This document shows, in pieces, positions 51,715 to 63,204 of a stretch of 64,000 nt of DNA. The notes below the pieces were generated by a model. That model saw only the letters and a list, made by a program, of their open reading frames with translations. It was not told the origin of the DNA and searched no databases. Where the stretch lies: contig NW_005434652.1 in NCBI RefSeq assembly GCF_000315625.1, positions 252,254 through 316,253 on the forward strand, read 5' to 3'. Numbering within the stretch: the stretch's first letter is position 1; every line of letters starts with the position of its first letter. The position numbers were made by a program, and so were the translations under genes. This DNA is from Guillardia theta CCMP2712 (lineage: Eukaryota; Protista; Cryptophyta).

Positions 51715-53850
51715 TCATGAGCTCTTAAAAAATAATCTATCACGATGTAACGAGACAGAGACAGACAGTCGTTCTCCTTTTACAACATGTTTGGGTTCAT
51801 GCATAAAGTAAACAGCCTGTCTCCAATGCCGTCCTGTCATGGCTGAGGAATTGCAATCAGTGCTTATCTCCGGGCAGCCTTGAAACATATCAAGGGTGTA
51901 CCAAACAACAAATGCATGCAGCTTGCCAGTGTTAATTGCACACAAATCTCTGTGCACGCATTGTTTCAACTCAATGGGCTGCGCATCATCATCCCAATGC
52001 ATTTCGAAAGCTTGAAACGATTCTGTCAGCGCAACGAAGGAATGATCAAGAAGACGACAACTCCATCTGGCTCGAGAGAAGATGTTCCAGTCTGTGATGT
52101 CGAGGCCAGAAAATTGAGTAGATGGCAGCGAATTCAGATTCAGAATCTCCTCGCTTTCGATTGCACGTGCGTAAACGCAGATTCCCCTCGGTACAACGAT
52201 TGCACCGTCGTTGAGCAAATGTTCTCTGGCATGCTGTAAAGAAGGAAGGAAGCTTTCGCTAAAAGGATCGTCTCCAAATGTTTCTGATACAAAGATATCA
52301 GCCTTGTCCAACATATCATTAGCCTCGTTGTCGCCCACTGATATGAGTGTGCTGAGCTTTGGAATAATTTTGACTGAGCCCTGCAGTGAGTTTGCAGCCA
52401 CTACCCCCCTTGCACAATCCGCCATCCCTGGCGCCTTGTCACAGCCGTAAACCCTCTTTGATCCCGCACGAGCTGCCATCATGGAAAGAAGGCCGCTGCC
52501 GCATCCAACATCGAGAACAGAAACTGATTCCTTCTTTTCACGAACGGCAGAGACTGCCTGCTGAATGGCAATGTGGTATGCTTTAGCACGGTGAAGATCA
52601 TTGATCATAGAGAAGTGGTACAGCGGTATCCCTTCGCAGAGAGTAAACGGGTCGATGTCGTTGTTCTCCTCACAACTCACCTCGTCCTCCTTCTCAACGG
52701 CATCCGTCGCCATGGGGCTGTTTGGACACGGAAAGTAAAACCCATAGCCCGAAACAAAGATCGAATCCACATCCGTCTTCAAGGACATACCCAGCATCCC
52801 ATCCTCATCTATGGTGAAGAAAACCCCAATCCTGCTTCCTGGGACACTCTCGATGTATTCCGTCCCAAGTCCGTAGAGCCATAACAGCTGCCATGTCCAC
52901 TGTTCCTGAGCCGGGCCAAGATTGAGAGATGAAGAGCCATAACCATCCACTTCATACCAGTACACTAACCCATGAGCAATGCCAGCATGTTCAAGCTCGA
53001 TCACCTTTGTAAATGTATGTCCAAGATAAGGAGAGTTTCCTCTTGCGACGTCATTGAGGTCGATTGTGAAAGCTTTTTGAGGGGAGGAAAGAAATCGATG
53101 GGGGATGGTCTTAAGATTGATGGATCGGGTGCTCCTCGAGAATGTATTGAAACCTCTCAGGTCAAATCCTTCAACGTCCTGCCTAACCTCCTCCATCTCT
53201 GCTATGCTGAAGCTCTCCACAAATGCAACCCAAACACTTAGAGACTTTGGAAAAACATTAACCGTGCCTGTTAAGAATCCATTTTTGCGCATGTGGATCA
53301 ACGACTGCAAGAACTCTCCGTTTAACAAGTCTTGTCCGAAAGCCCCGGTGATGTCCAAAAGCAGAGTGTCTGGAGGACACAAACGTTGTAGCTCGACCGG
53401 ACTTCTCTGATTCAAGATACTGCTGTTGATGATTTTGATCCTCCCATTGAATCCATTCTTGTCGATTAGTTTCTGAATGACTTTCCCCCGAGCCTTGAGT
53501 GCCTCATAAACGAACACTTTCTTCGCCCCGGCCTTTGCTGCCATAAGTGATCCTACACAGGCACAGTTCCCCCCCCCGATATCATATAACACATGTGGCG
53601 ATAAGGCAAGGATGCTTTCCTCCAGAATCCTCCTGTAACTCTCATTTCCTAAGAAAGCGAACGACTCAATGGGCTGAAACAGCCTGTTGACAATCACCAG
53701 AAGGTTTTCTCTAGCTTCCTGACAGATCTCGTCGTCAAGGTCTTGGGAGAGATCTAGTGCCTCTCCAAGAAGAACAGCTGCCTCGTCGTTCTTCCCTGCC
53801 CTCCCCATCTTCACCGCGACTTTGAGCAACGCTGCTCGCTCCTCTGCCAT
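51715..53850 (-). CDS. intronless PRMT7/PRMT9-like protein arginine methyltransferase with two tandem MTase modules
   Basis: Module 2: YHFSMINDLHR, VLDVGCGSGLLSMMAARAG, VSETFGDDPFSE, HWRQ. Module 1: LYDIGGG..SLMAAKAGA. N-terminal TPR-like helix pair. First in-frame ATG at 53850. Confidence 0.9.
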   Translation of the reverse strand: MAEERAALLKVAVKMGRAGKNDEAAVLLGEALDLSQDLDDEICQEARENLLVIVNRLFQPIESFAFLGNESYRRILEESILALSPHVLYDIGGGNCACVGSLMAAKAGAKKVFVYEALKARGKVIQKLIDKNGFNGRIKIINSSILNQRSPVELQRLCPPDTLLLDITGAFGQDLLNGEFLQSLIHMRKNGFLTGTVNVFPKSLSVWVAFVESFSIAEMEEVRQDVEGFDLRGFNTFSRSTRSINLKTIPHRFLSSPQKAFTIDLNDVARGNSPYLGHTFTKVIELEHAGIAHGLVYWYEVDGYGSSSLNLGPAQEQWTWQLLWLYGLGTEYIESVPGSRIGVFFTIDEDGMLGMSLKTDVDSIFVSGYGFYFPCPNSPMATDAVEKEDEVSCEENNDIDPFTLCEGIPLYHFSMINDLHRAKAYHIAIQQAVSAVREKKESVSVLDVGCGSGLLSMMAARAGSKRVYGCDKAPGMADCARGVVAANSLQGSVKIIPKLSTLISVGDNEANDMLDKADIFVSETFGDDPFSESFLPSLQHAREHLLNDGAIVVPRGICVYARAIESEEILNLNSLPSTQFSGLDITDWNIFSRARWSCRLLDHSFVALTESFQAFEMHWDDDAQPIELKQCVHRDLCAINTGKLHAFVVWYTLDMFQGCPEISTDCNSSAMTGRHWRQAVYFMHEPKHVVKGERLSVSVSLHRDRLFFKSS

Positions 53851-53873
53851 CGCTCGCTCTTCTACGGATCCAT

Positions 53874-53927
53874 CTTTACTCAAAGTTAAGTTAAAAATCA
53901 GTACGAGGACAATCAGGAGAGTCGAGG
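53874..53927 (-). repeat. dispersed 54-nt motif copy A (candidate leader/promoter element)
   Basis: CCTCGACTCTCCTGATTGTCCTCGTACTGATTTTTAACTTAACTTTGAGTAAAG on the minus strand; related copies at 14957-15007, 9734-9763 and 15082-15114. Confidence 0.9.
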
Positions 53928-53946
53928 AGGCTTGACCCTGACCGTG

Positions 53947-56900
53947 ACTGTCGCACAGGCCAAACGGCGAGAAGAGAAAAGACAGCGAGAACCAAACCTA
54001 AACCTGCCGACTGCTGTCCCCCAAACTTAACTGATACCTTCACTTAACGGCGCGCAGGACAAGTCCCCCGCGCGGCCATGCCAGCGATGTCGCGGTGGCC
54101 GCCGCCGAAGGAATGAGACGCATACCGGGATGCACCCGCGATGATGGCAGCGTAGGACAGGGAGGCCTTGAGCTGACGGAAGATCCTGGACCGAATGCGT
54201 TTGCAAGTCGGATCACCTGAGACGTCTTGCGAGGCCGAGAGACCATCCAGCGCTGCCGTTTCCTTGTTCGCCGAGCGATCCGCCGCCAGCCACCACAGAA
54301 AGCGCAACGCATCGTCCTGCAAGAGGCCATCAGTGCTGGCGATGATGGGAAGAAAGGCCTTTGGCGGGACGTGCTGAGCATATGCATTACGATGCCCTCG
54401 GATCTTCCGCTGTGCTGCCGCTTGCAGTTTGCTCCGAGCGAGGTCCGGTATTCCATCATTGTCAAAAACATGTGACATGCTGAAGTCCAGGATTAACCCA
54501 TGCCATCCGCCGCCAGTAGCCATCAGTTGTGGAAGTTCAAAGTCCCCTACATGATGATCTTCAGGGCCATGTTGGGAAACGTTCTGCCTGGTGCCGGGTA
54601 CGCCTTGCACGTGGACGCGGCATCTCACTCCGGAATCTTTGATGAGGGTACTGAGGACGGCATTGCACTTCTCATGCGCATCAGTCCATAACTGGCTGCG
54701 GTGCCTGCAGGTTGCCATGTGTGTGGTCCCCCCAGGATGACGAAGAAGATGATGGCATCGATCGCAGTGCGGCGGGAGGTCAACCGGCAATCCATGAAGA
54801 AACTTGTCAGCGGCAGCCACCAAGCTGATGGGCTGCTGCTCAAAGATCCCAAGGTTTGTACTTTCCATAGTCGAGTGCCAAATCGTGCGCTGAGGGGTAA
54901 ACTGAGACAGAAGTTCATCAACCGGGTGGCCTGGTACTCGAAGGGGAGTAGAGAAGCTGGAGTGGTGTGCCAACAAAGATCTCTGGCGCTCTGAAAGGTG
55001 AGCCCGAATACTGCGGAACCGGGGAAACTCCGAGAGGAACTGAGCCGTGAGCTCCCGCTGGGCGGGGATGAAAAGCGCACTGCCCGACGTCCCAAATAAT
55101 TCAGGCGAGGGGATCCAGCCATTGTCGCACGCCTGAGGAAGCTCCGCCAAGGAGGTGTACGCCGAGATGCCCTGCTCCATCAAGTGCCTGTGAGTGTCCA
55201 AGAAGGCAGCAAGCATGGGGACAACATCCCCAGCGTCCGCTTGCTGCGGTTGGCGGATTCGAAGCAATTTCACCCGCCCATTTGAGAAACTTGGCAGTCG
55301 CCGACCAGAATGCGGTGTAGGCCACGCCCTCCTGCGGGGTGAACCCATCTCCTCCAGCACTATAAGGCAACTGACGTTTGAAGTAGGCGAACTGAAGGTC
55401 AGATGGAGGGGTGCCAGGGGCAGGTTGCAGGACAGATGAACCCTCCTGTGCCTGGTTCTGTGGCCACTGAAACACCTTCGCCAGGAGACGGAGATTCGCG
55501 ACGTCAAAGCACTTGCACTGGGCAGCGGTCAAGGCCGGGGAGATTCCACGCAAGAAATATTGGAGGGTGGGAACGTGGGTCGTTTTCAAGAGCTGCTTGA
55601 GACCCAACGCAATGGGAAATTGTTCCAACTGGGTCAATTCAGCATTGAGGGCATTCACCTTGGCAGTGATAAACTCTTGCTGGAAGGACTGAGATCCTAT
55701 CGGGATACCTCCCAGGATGATCCCCTGGCCGCGGAAGGCAAACTGCTGCAAGCCCGGGTACCTACTGCAAATATGCTCTTGGATGGCTTGTTGCTGACTA
55801 GATTGAAGTTCACACCAGGACGAGGAGAATATCTGCGAATCCCTGGGTTGAATCTCCAATCCTAGCTCTTGTTTTAAAGTATCAACCAGCGATGCAGTAG
55901 CCTGTGCGGCAACTGAGAGCTTTCCAATAACAGCCATGTTATCCGCATAGGCCGGGAAGACACAGTCGGGAAAGGTCTCTGCGACTTTGACCAGGGAAGG
56001 GAAGGTGGTGTGCGCAACTTGAAGAGAGCCATCGCCAAGGGGTCCCCCTGAGAAACTCCCGTGGTGGCCGAAAAAGCCCGAGTCTCTCGCTGATGTTTCA
56101 GAAACTGTAACTTACCTGCCTGGCCATAATATTGATGAACATACGGAAGGACTCCTTGGGAAAAGTTCTCACAACGATGCTCGGGAGCAAGGAGGATGTC
56201 AAATAGCCGTTGGCGAGAGATCTCATTGAAGGCATTTCTTGCGTCGATCATGATGATTACCGTGGGATCAAAATTATCAGACTCACCTTCGCCCTGGTCT
56301 GTGAATGGGTTGGCAAAAGAATGGGGTCCTAACAGGCATTCGATGGTCTTGCAGAATTTGAGACAACCTTCCTCCAGACCCACGCAAAATTGCAGGACCC
56401 GAGAGTGACTGAGGGTGAAGTGGCTCTCCAAAGATTTTCGGTAGAAACGACAGAAGATGCTAGACACAATCCTTCGCTCCAGGTCCCCTATCACAATAGG
56501 TCGGATTCCGCTCTTTTCCACTGCCTTGGCAGCAGGAATGAATCGCCCCCCTCTGGTGTATTCCTCGAGGAAAGCGCCCGAAGGGATTCCCAGCGCGATC
56601 GGCTTCAATATGAGGCGGTAGTTAATGTATCGCTGTTTGTGATCATCATGCAGTCTGAGAATGTGTCGCAGGTGCTGGAACGGTCGCCAACCAAATTGAT
56701 CAGGGGCCGAGGAAGCAGTGAATCGCCGCAGGAATTTCCCTACCTCTCGCTGATCTAAAATCTTGTCAAGCAATGAGGCCGGTTCATCGGCGATGGCATC
56801 GTCGAGCTGAGCACTTAGCATTTGCCTTGAGGACTCCCGGAGCCGACTGCGTCTAGGAGCGTTGGAGGAATGGGTTCCAGTCTCGTCGGAAATTTCTCAC

Positions 56901-58290
56901 GAGTTTGCTGCCATAGCTGCTCAAATGGATCTGGGGAGAGGCCATGGCCCACAAGCGCCTGTCGAGCTTTCTTCATATCCCGATTTTGGTAATGCTCAAC
57001 AGCCGAGAGGATTTTCTTTTTCTCCAACTGCTCGCTCTCCATCACTGGCTGCTGCACGCCCGCTCTCGCACGGTCAGGTCCTTGTGGGCGACCTGCATTT
57101 TGACGGTTAGGTTGTTGGCGCCTACCTTGCGGTGCCCGCCGGTCTCGTGCCTCGTCCCGACCCAGTTAGTCCCGCCGTGGGCTGCTGCGTGACATCCTGC
57201 GGATCTCCACCGCTGCCAACCGCTGGGCCGTCTTGGTCAAAGGAAACACCCTCTTCTAGTTTCAGCAATGTCTCCCAACGCCCTTGGAGGAAATGGTGGA
57301 TACGGTAGCTCACATCTCGGTTTTGTCGCGAGATTGCAAGAACTGGATTCACTCTCAGCAGGAGCAGTGGGAGACAATGCCACAAGCTCCCGGGATAATC
57401 TTAGCTTCCTCGCAATGCAAGTCAGGGTAACCTTGTAGCAGGTCTAACGTAAACTGTAGCGCACTCTTCCATTTATCAATCGTCTGGCGATTGGGGTGTT
57501 TGATGGTTGTAATGGAAGGATTACGAGCCAGGAGTGCCGGAAGCTTATGTGGTCCCTCAGTGTTGAGCAAAGAGAGGGAGGGCTCTGTGCCAATTCGACG
57601 TACCACAAGGCATGTCTTGCGGACGCAGATTATGAAAGTAAGCCGCTGCGCTAGATTGCGCGCCAGGGTCTTCTGGGAAAAGATTTGCCGGTTGAGGAGG
57701 GGGCGGTGGGGGTGTAGGATTGACCGTAGGCTGATCGGTGGGTGTCCTCTGGGAGATGGATCGGCGAAATCTTGCCTGCTTCCGAGGTCTTTGCCAGTTC
57801 CCCGAACCTCCTCCAGATCCAGCGGCGGAGGAGGCAAAGTCATCCTGCGGAGGAGACGCTGCAGAACGAGATTGCCCTTCCAGCATGTCAGGAGTCCGTA
57901 GGGGTTCCTGCTGTGAGCGGGGCTCAGAGTCAGAGGAGCTCTCTTGGGACACAAGGCCTGTATGAGGAAAGTGGGACGACGAGCCCGGCGTGCCAGTCAG
58001 TAGAGGATCAACAACAGAACTGTGATGACGGAGGATGGCAGGCCGCTTGTGCCGCGCCATGATGTCTCACAGTGATGATGGAAGTGAGAGCGGATCTTCA
58101 CGCTTCCCTGGATAGTCTCGATTTCAGTAATCGTGGCAGTGTCCTCGGAAGCTCGGAGGACCCGGGCCCACCAGATCCGCCCGGACCTTCGGCCCCGGGC
58201 TGCCGGCACCTGAGTGACTTTTCTGGGGTTGTAAAGAAATCGAAATGGAGACCTTTCTGAGGTGAACTGCTGGTACTCACTTGTAGGTAC
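53947..58290 (-). mobile_element. near-full-length CRE-clade non-LTR retrotransposon, frameshifted; 5' boundary approximate
   Basis: Pieces in order: LPLLLLR..FLQGRW, SAPDQFGWR..HL, IRPIVIGDLERR, QFCVGLEEG, IDARNAFNEISR, GVSQGDPL, AYADN, ILGGIPIGS, GGDGF, CCHC knuckle, RLE. A single long ORF broken by about 6 small indels. Confidence 0.9.
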
Positions 58291-59257
58291 TTGGTAGTAA
58301 TAATAATAAATATCTTATTATTTTGTAGGTCAATGTGAATTCAACTCGTACAAAATTAAAACTGTTTTCCTCCAAAGCAATTAGAAGCACTACCCCATCC
58401 ACCCCTGCAAAGAACCACCAAATGACCCGTGGCCATGGCATTTCTCACACCAAAAAAAATTCATACCAAGCCTTCTGCAGACTTCACAATCTTCACCTGA
58501 CCACCACTACCCTACCCCTGGGATCCGATACCTCCTGCTATTAGGCCACGGGGTAATCTTTTCACCTACCACCCCTTGGTCTTCCATCGTATCAGGTTTA
58601 CTCACCCCCTATCTGTCGCTGACCTCAACCCTACCCCTCAGCCTACTTCTCCAACAGGTGAGTTTCGAAAGCTCTAACCTATCACCACCCCTTCCTTTTA
58701 CCACAAAGTACCCTACCTTAGTTCCGCTCCCTGCCCCCAACCTTCCCCCCCCCCCCCCCTTCTCTCCGTTCCCCTTGCCCTGCCACCCACGCTTCACACG
58801 TCGTGCACGCGAGCACGCAGCAAACAAGCCAACAAATCTCAGCAACCAAACTGAGATCTCCTGTGTCCCAGCTTAGCAGTGCCTCCGACTGTTTGGGAAA
58901 CACATTCCCTAGATTACAACAAGCTCTATCGTGATTTGCAGGTCTATATCCCACGGGGTTCACGTCCAACCGATTGACTCGATACTCCTATCAAGCTAAA
59001 GGAGCCGCATACTTCAAAGAGTCTATTCCTCTCTCTTCTCTGTTTCCCCTTCTCCCAAGGGAAGTGAGTGAGGCCAGCCTTACGAACAAGAAAATTCTTT
59101 CTCAAAGCGAGTTTCTCCGTCAATTACACGGTAATCTACAGGACTCGCAGTAAGCGTGAAAGTTGCTATCCGGCTGTAATCACAGCCCTACTGATATCGA
59201 GATTGGTCCCAAGGAAAATCGTTGCTTTCTTTCAAGGTCTACAAGCCAAGCTCTGAT

Positions 59258-59938
59258 ATGGGGAAAACAGTACTGTTTCGATCTCCGTCAGCTTCAAGCA
59301 ATAGACCAAGCATTGGAATTCTGACGATCCCAAAAGAAAGATTCAAGAGAGCAAAGATCAGACATTCAAAAGCAGTTTCGACGTCTTTGAGCCAAAAAGG
59401 AGAGCAGTCATCATCACGAACTCAACAACAACACCTCACAAGGCACTGCACTCACCTTGATGCCACCAAACCCAGCAGCAAGATGGTACCCGATGATGAC
59501 TCGATTGTACTTTCGCCTGGAACATCCGCATACTCCGATACCGATGCTTCAATTGAGCAGATGTCCCCTAATTTCGAAGTTGACGACTCCAGCCTCGACT
59601 TTTCCGATGTTGACCTTGCAGTGGGCATGCTGGTACGGTACAATGGCCTGAGTTTTTGAAGCTGATTTGTCTATTTCAGGATCACCGCTTCCTCTACGAA
59701 TTTTCTTCACACTATGAGAACAGCAAGATTCCGATCTCAGTGTTCGAAGAGAGCAAAAACTCAAATACAGAGATCGCCAACTTCGAGTTTGAGTCTCCTT
59801 GTCAGGTACGTCACACTCTTGGTGACCATCTGATGCAATGACCCTGCATTCCAGGCAGATGAGTTGTCGTGGCAGAATTGCTTTGAGTGTGCTTCAATGT
59901 GGAATCATGAGATTGGGAGAACTTTGACAAATCTCTAG
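59258..59938 (+). CDS. hypothetical 3-exon protein
   Basis: MGKTVLFRSP.. exon to 59632, then exons about 59680-59805 and 59854-59938 with canonical splice sites. Confidence 0.4.
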
Positions 59939-60909
59939 TCTGTGGGACTTAATCTTTTGCAAGCCCAGGAATAGAAATCATTTCGATCCTGGTGTGTATG
60001 CTGACTCGGAATTCAGCAGCTGCCGATGCGCATGTGATATCTAGTTGTACATAGAGCATCCATTATAATAGCCTTGAGTTGGTTTATGGAATAAAAACAA
60101 GAATAAGGATCAGCTATTGTGCTCCTTCGGCCATCTGCCTATCCAGAATTTTTCATCCTGGAGTCCTGTGTTGCGTACACCACAACCCCCATCAGAGGTA
60201 AGCTATGGTCTACCCGAGAGCACTATGGCACTATCACGGCACTGAATCATATCAGAGCAAGAAATCTCCTATCATGTTCTAGGGACGTACCCCTTGTGGC
60301 CGCAAACCTGACAGAAGTGGTCCTTGTGTGCCCATGGGGGTTTATTGAAGCCGCGGGAATGGTAGATACCATTCGATAGCACTGTTGTGATGTCTTGTGC
60401 GGTTCCAAAACATGTGGAGTCTTTCGGATGGTTCAGAGCTCTCGATAACTTACCTCCTCCTCGCTCGGCCCCTTCCCCATCATTGCCGTGTTTCAGGCGC
60501 CCATCGTAACCTACCTACCCCTACAGTAGACAGCCTACCCCCTGTCGAAGGTTGATTCTGCAGTCATATAGGTGGGTGATCAAAAGCAAACTCCTGCTGA
60601 TGCCCTATCCAGACAGAAGCAGTACCCTACCCCCAAGAAATTGGTTTCTTACTACCCCATACTTTGAGAGAACGTTCAGCTGGATAGAGGGGGTACATGA
60701 CTGATTCTTTCGTGGATGTTGGGGATCCAGGAGGGGTCAGAACGGAACATGACAGCTAACCATGGGTGGGTACTCATTGTAGGGGAAATAGGGGGTATCT
60801 GCTAGGTCAGCAAGAACATGATGAAAACCAGTTTAGCTCCAGGATATTTGGGCTGCAGCAGTGAGCTAACTTGTTTAAAATCGGATCGTCTTGGGACCCA
60901 TGGCGGGCG

Positions 60910-63130
60910 ATGGCGAGGAATGCGGCGAGATGGGGAATGAGGAGAAGAGGGGAGGAAGAAGACGCTCAGATGGATGAACTGCTTCTCCTCTCCTGGATTG
61001 ATGAGATCCAGCAGCCTTATCTTGCTCTCGAGCCTGCTCTCGCTGGTAGACGTCGGCGGCCAACGACCTCTGAAGAAGCAGTTCATTTACCTGGTCCAGG
61101 TTCAGACGTATCAGGAGGCTCTCCCATGGGTGTGAGTGAAGATTTTTGTCTTCGCTTTCATGGCATGTCTACGTTTCGTGACTCAGGGGTGACAACAGGG
61201 CTCTGTTGGATCGAGAATCCTCTCATGTCAAGGTGCTTGTCTGGGGGGAGCCGAACCCCCCCCGGCGAGATGCTGTGAGTGCGATAATTTTCCGGCCACA
61301 AACTACGTGGAACACAGGGAGAAATGAGCTGCTGCAGGTTGTTTGTCCTTGTTCATAATGGGTGTTTCACCAAGCACGCTTCGCAGGCAGCCCTGCTTAG
61401 TGAACAGGCGAACAATTTGCTCTACAAATACTTCATCTTCATGGATGGCGATGTTGTCCTAAAAGAATCTTTAGACTGGGGTATGAATGCTGGCGATCCT
61501 TATACAACCTTCGAGCGGTAGATTGATGCTCTCAGCATCGTTAGCCTGAAGCTGCTCAGGTATCTCTTGCTCTGGGAGCCTGCGGTTGGGTTTCCAGGGT
61601 TTTTCAAGGATCCACCGGAGGTGAGCAAGATTGGACCAAGAGGCTGTGCAGATTGTGTGATTGTGTGATGGCATGTAAAGATAGCACGGAAAGAAGTTGC
61701 GACAACCTACAACTTCGATGCTATCGTCAATGCTATCCATCGGCAAGACCATCGCTGTGCAGCGACATCAATGACGAGGGTCTTGGCCTTGGTTGTATGC
61801 AGGGATGCGATTTGGCTGTTGCTACCGTATGATACGCATTGGGAGCATCGATCATGGTGGTACTCCCAGGTAACTGGACTGCAGTCGTGTTGGTGAAGCA
61901 GCTTGCTCTAATCTGTGAATGTGAAAGTATATCGTGGTATTCTTGTCTGCGGTCTTCTTCAACCAACACAGGTAGAACACGGCATATCAATGTGGTTGCC
62001 TGATGTTATAGATTGCAATTCAATGCAATCCGAGCTTACAACAAGGAGACGGGGTCTTACACCCAGAGGGACGACGAGTGGGAGAGGGTATTGGTGTGGA
62101 TGCTTTCGTCACTGAGATGCGATGTCGACCTGCTTGCTATTCCTCTTGAAGCAAACAACCACATTCCAAGCTTGCCACAACATGTGCATTACTTTCATCC
62201 TAATGCCACTGTGAGCTCTTCTCGATGATCTGCCCGGTCATGGTCTTTCGATTGTTTTTGTTTGACTTATGGCAAAGGTTGACTTTGGCATTCCGGTTGC
62301 GCTGAAGAAAGGCAATTTGTCGTACACAAGGAGGTTTCCCATCAGTCTTGTTTAGTTTCAGTGTGATGAAGTTCTGTGTCAGAAACAACCGCTACGACCC
62401 CTGCCATCCGTACTTCCAAAAGAAGTGAAGGAGATGAATGGAATGCTTGCATGGATCTGACTTCAGGCAGGCGAACCTTGCTGCAGTCGCTGAAGATCGT
62501 GAACGCCACCAATGATTGTCGGAGCCTGCAAAGAATTGACTTGTGCTGGTCCAACACGACAGTTGTATGGGAGATCTCTTCTGCGCTACAACACTACACC
62601 CGCATTCAAGGTAGTATACATGAAAGAATGCAGTTTGTTGAAGTGATGGAACTACAGCTGGGGTCAAAGAAGCAATAGGCTCAAATCTCAGAAACAACAT
62701 GTCCTCCTTCTCTAGCCTACGAGATTGCCCGTACGAAGAATTTAAGAATCGCAGGCTGTTCAACCACGGCTACGAGTTGATGATGAAACTTCATGTCGAC
62801 CTTCTCTTCACTCGCCCGTAAGTCTGCCTTACCCCTGCTCGCTCTCCAGAGCCAAAGTATTTGCTCATACCTTTCTTGTCTGTAATGCCCTGAACTTTCC
62901 TCTGAATTCTTTCTTTCGTCTGATTTCTATCTTCTGACTCCTTTTGCCCTCACGGCTGTCAGGTCAACAGCCAGTATTTACCTGTCCTTTGGCACGAGTC
63001 TTGCAGCGTAAGAGCTTCCTTCTCGTCTGGCTTATTTGAATCATGTAACTCGTCAGATGGCCACAGGTACGGACTGAGCGACCTGGCAAGGCGATGTTTC
63101 TTAGCCTGCGTTCGTCTGCAGCCCTCAAAC
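60910..63130 (+). CDS. hypothetical glycosyltransferase-A-like (DxD) membrane protein, boundaries uncertain
   Basis: Exons read YKYFIFMDGDV, FERYLLLWEPAVGFP, NFDAIVNAIHR and LLPYDTHWEHRSWWYSQ. Confidence 0.5.
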
Positions 63131-63204
63131 GCATGTTGCCGGCATAATTATCGACTTCTCACACTCTCATCTATAGAGTGAAACTCATGAAAGACTCGCC
63201 AGTG

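Noticed and set aside
55874-56821. RT as group II intron, retron or DGR
   Set aside because: The downstream CCHC+RLE domain, a 5'-truncated sibling and CRE-type motifs indicate a non-LTR retrotransposon; no TR/VR pair or intron structure seen.
55101-57954. Programmed frameshifting in the CRE ORF
   Set aside because: Too many scattered indels, and the sibling copy lacks the ones it overlaps; decay or consensus error is more likely.
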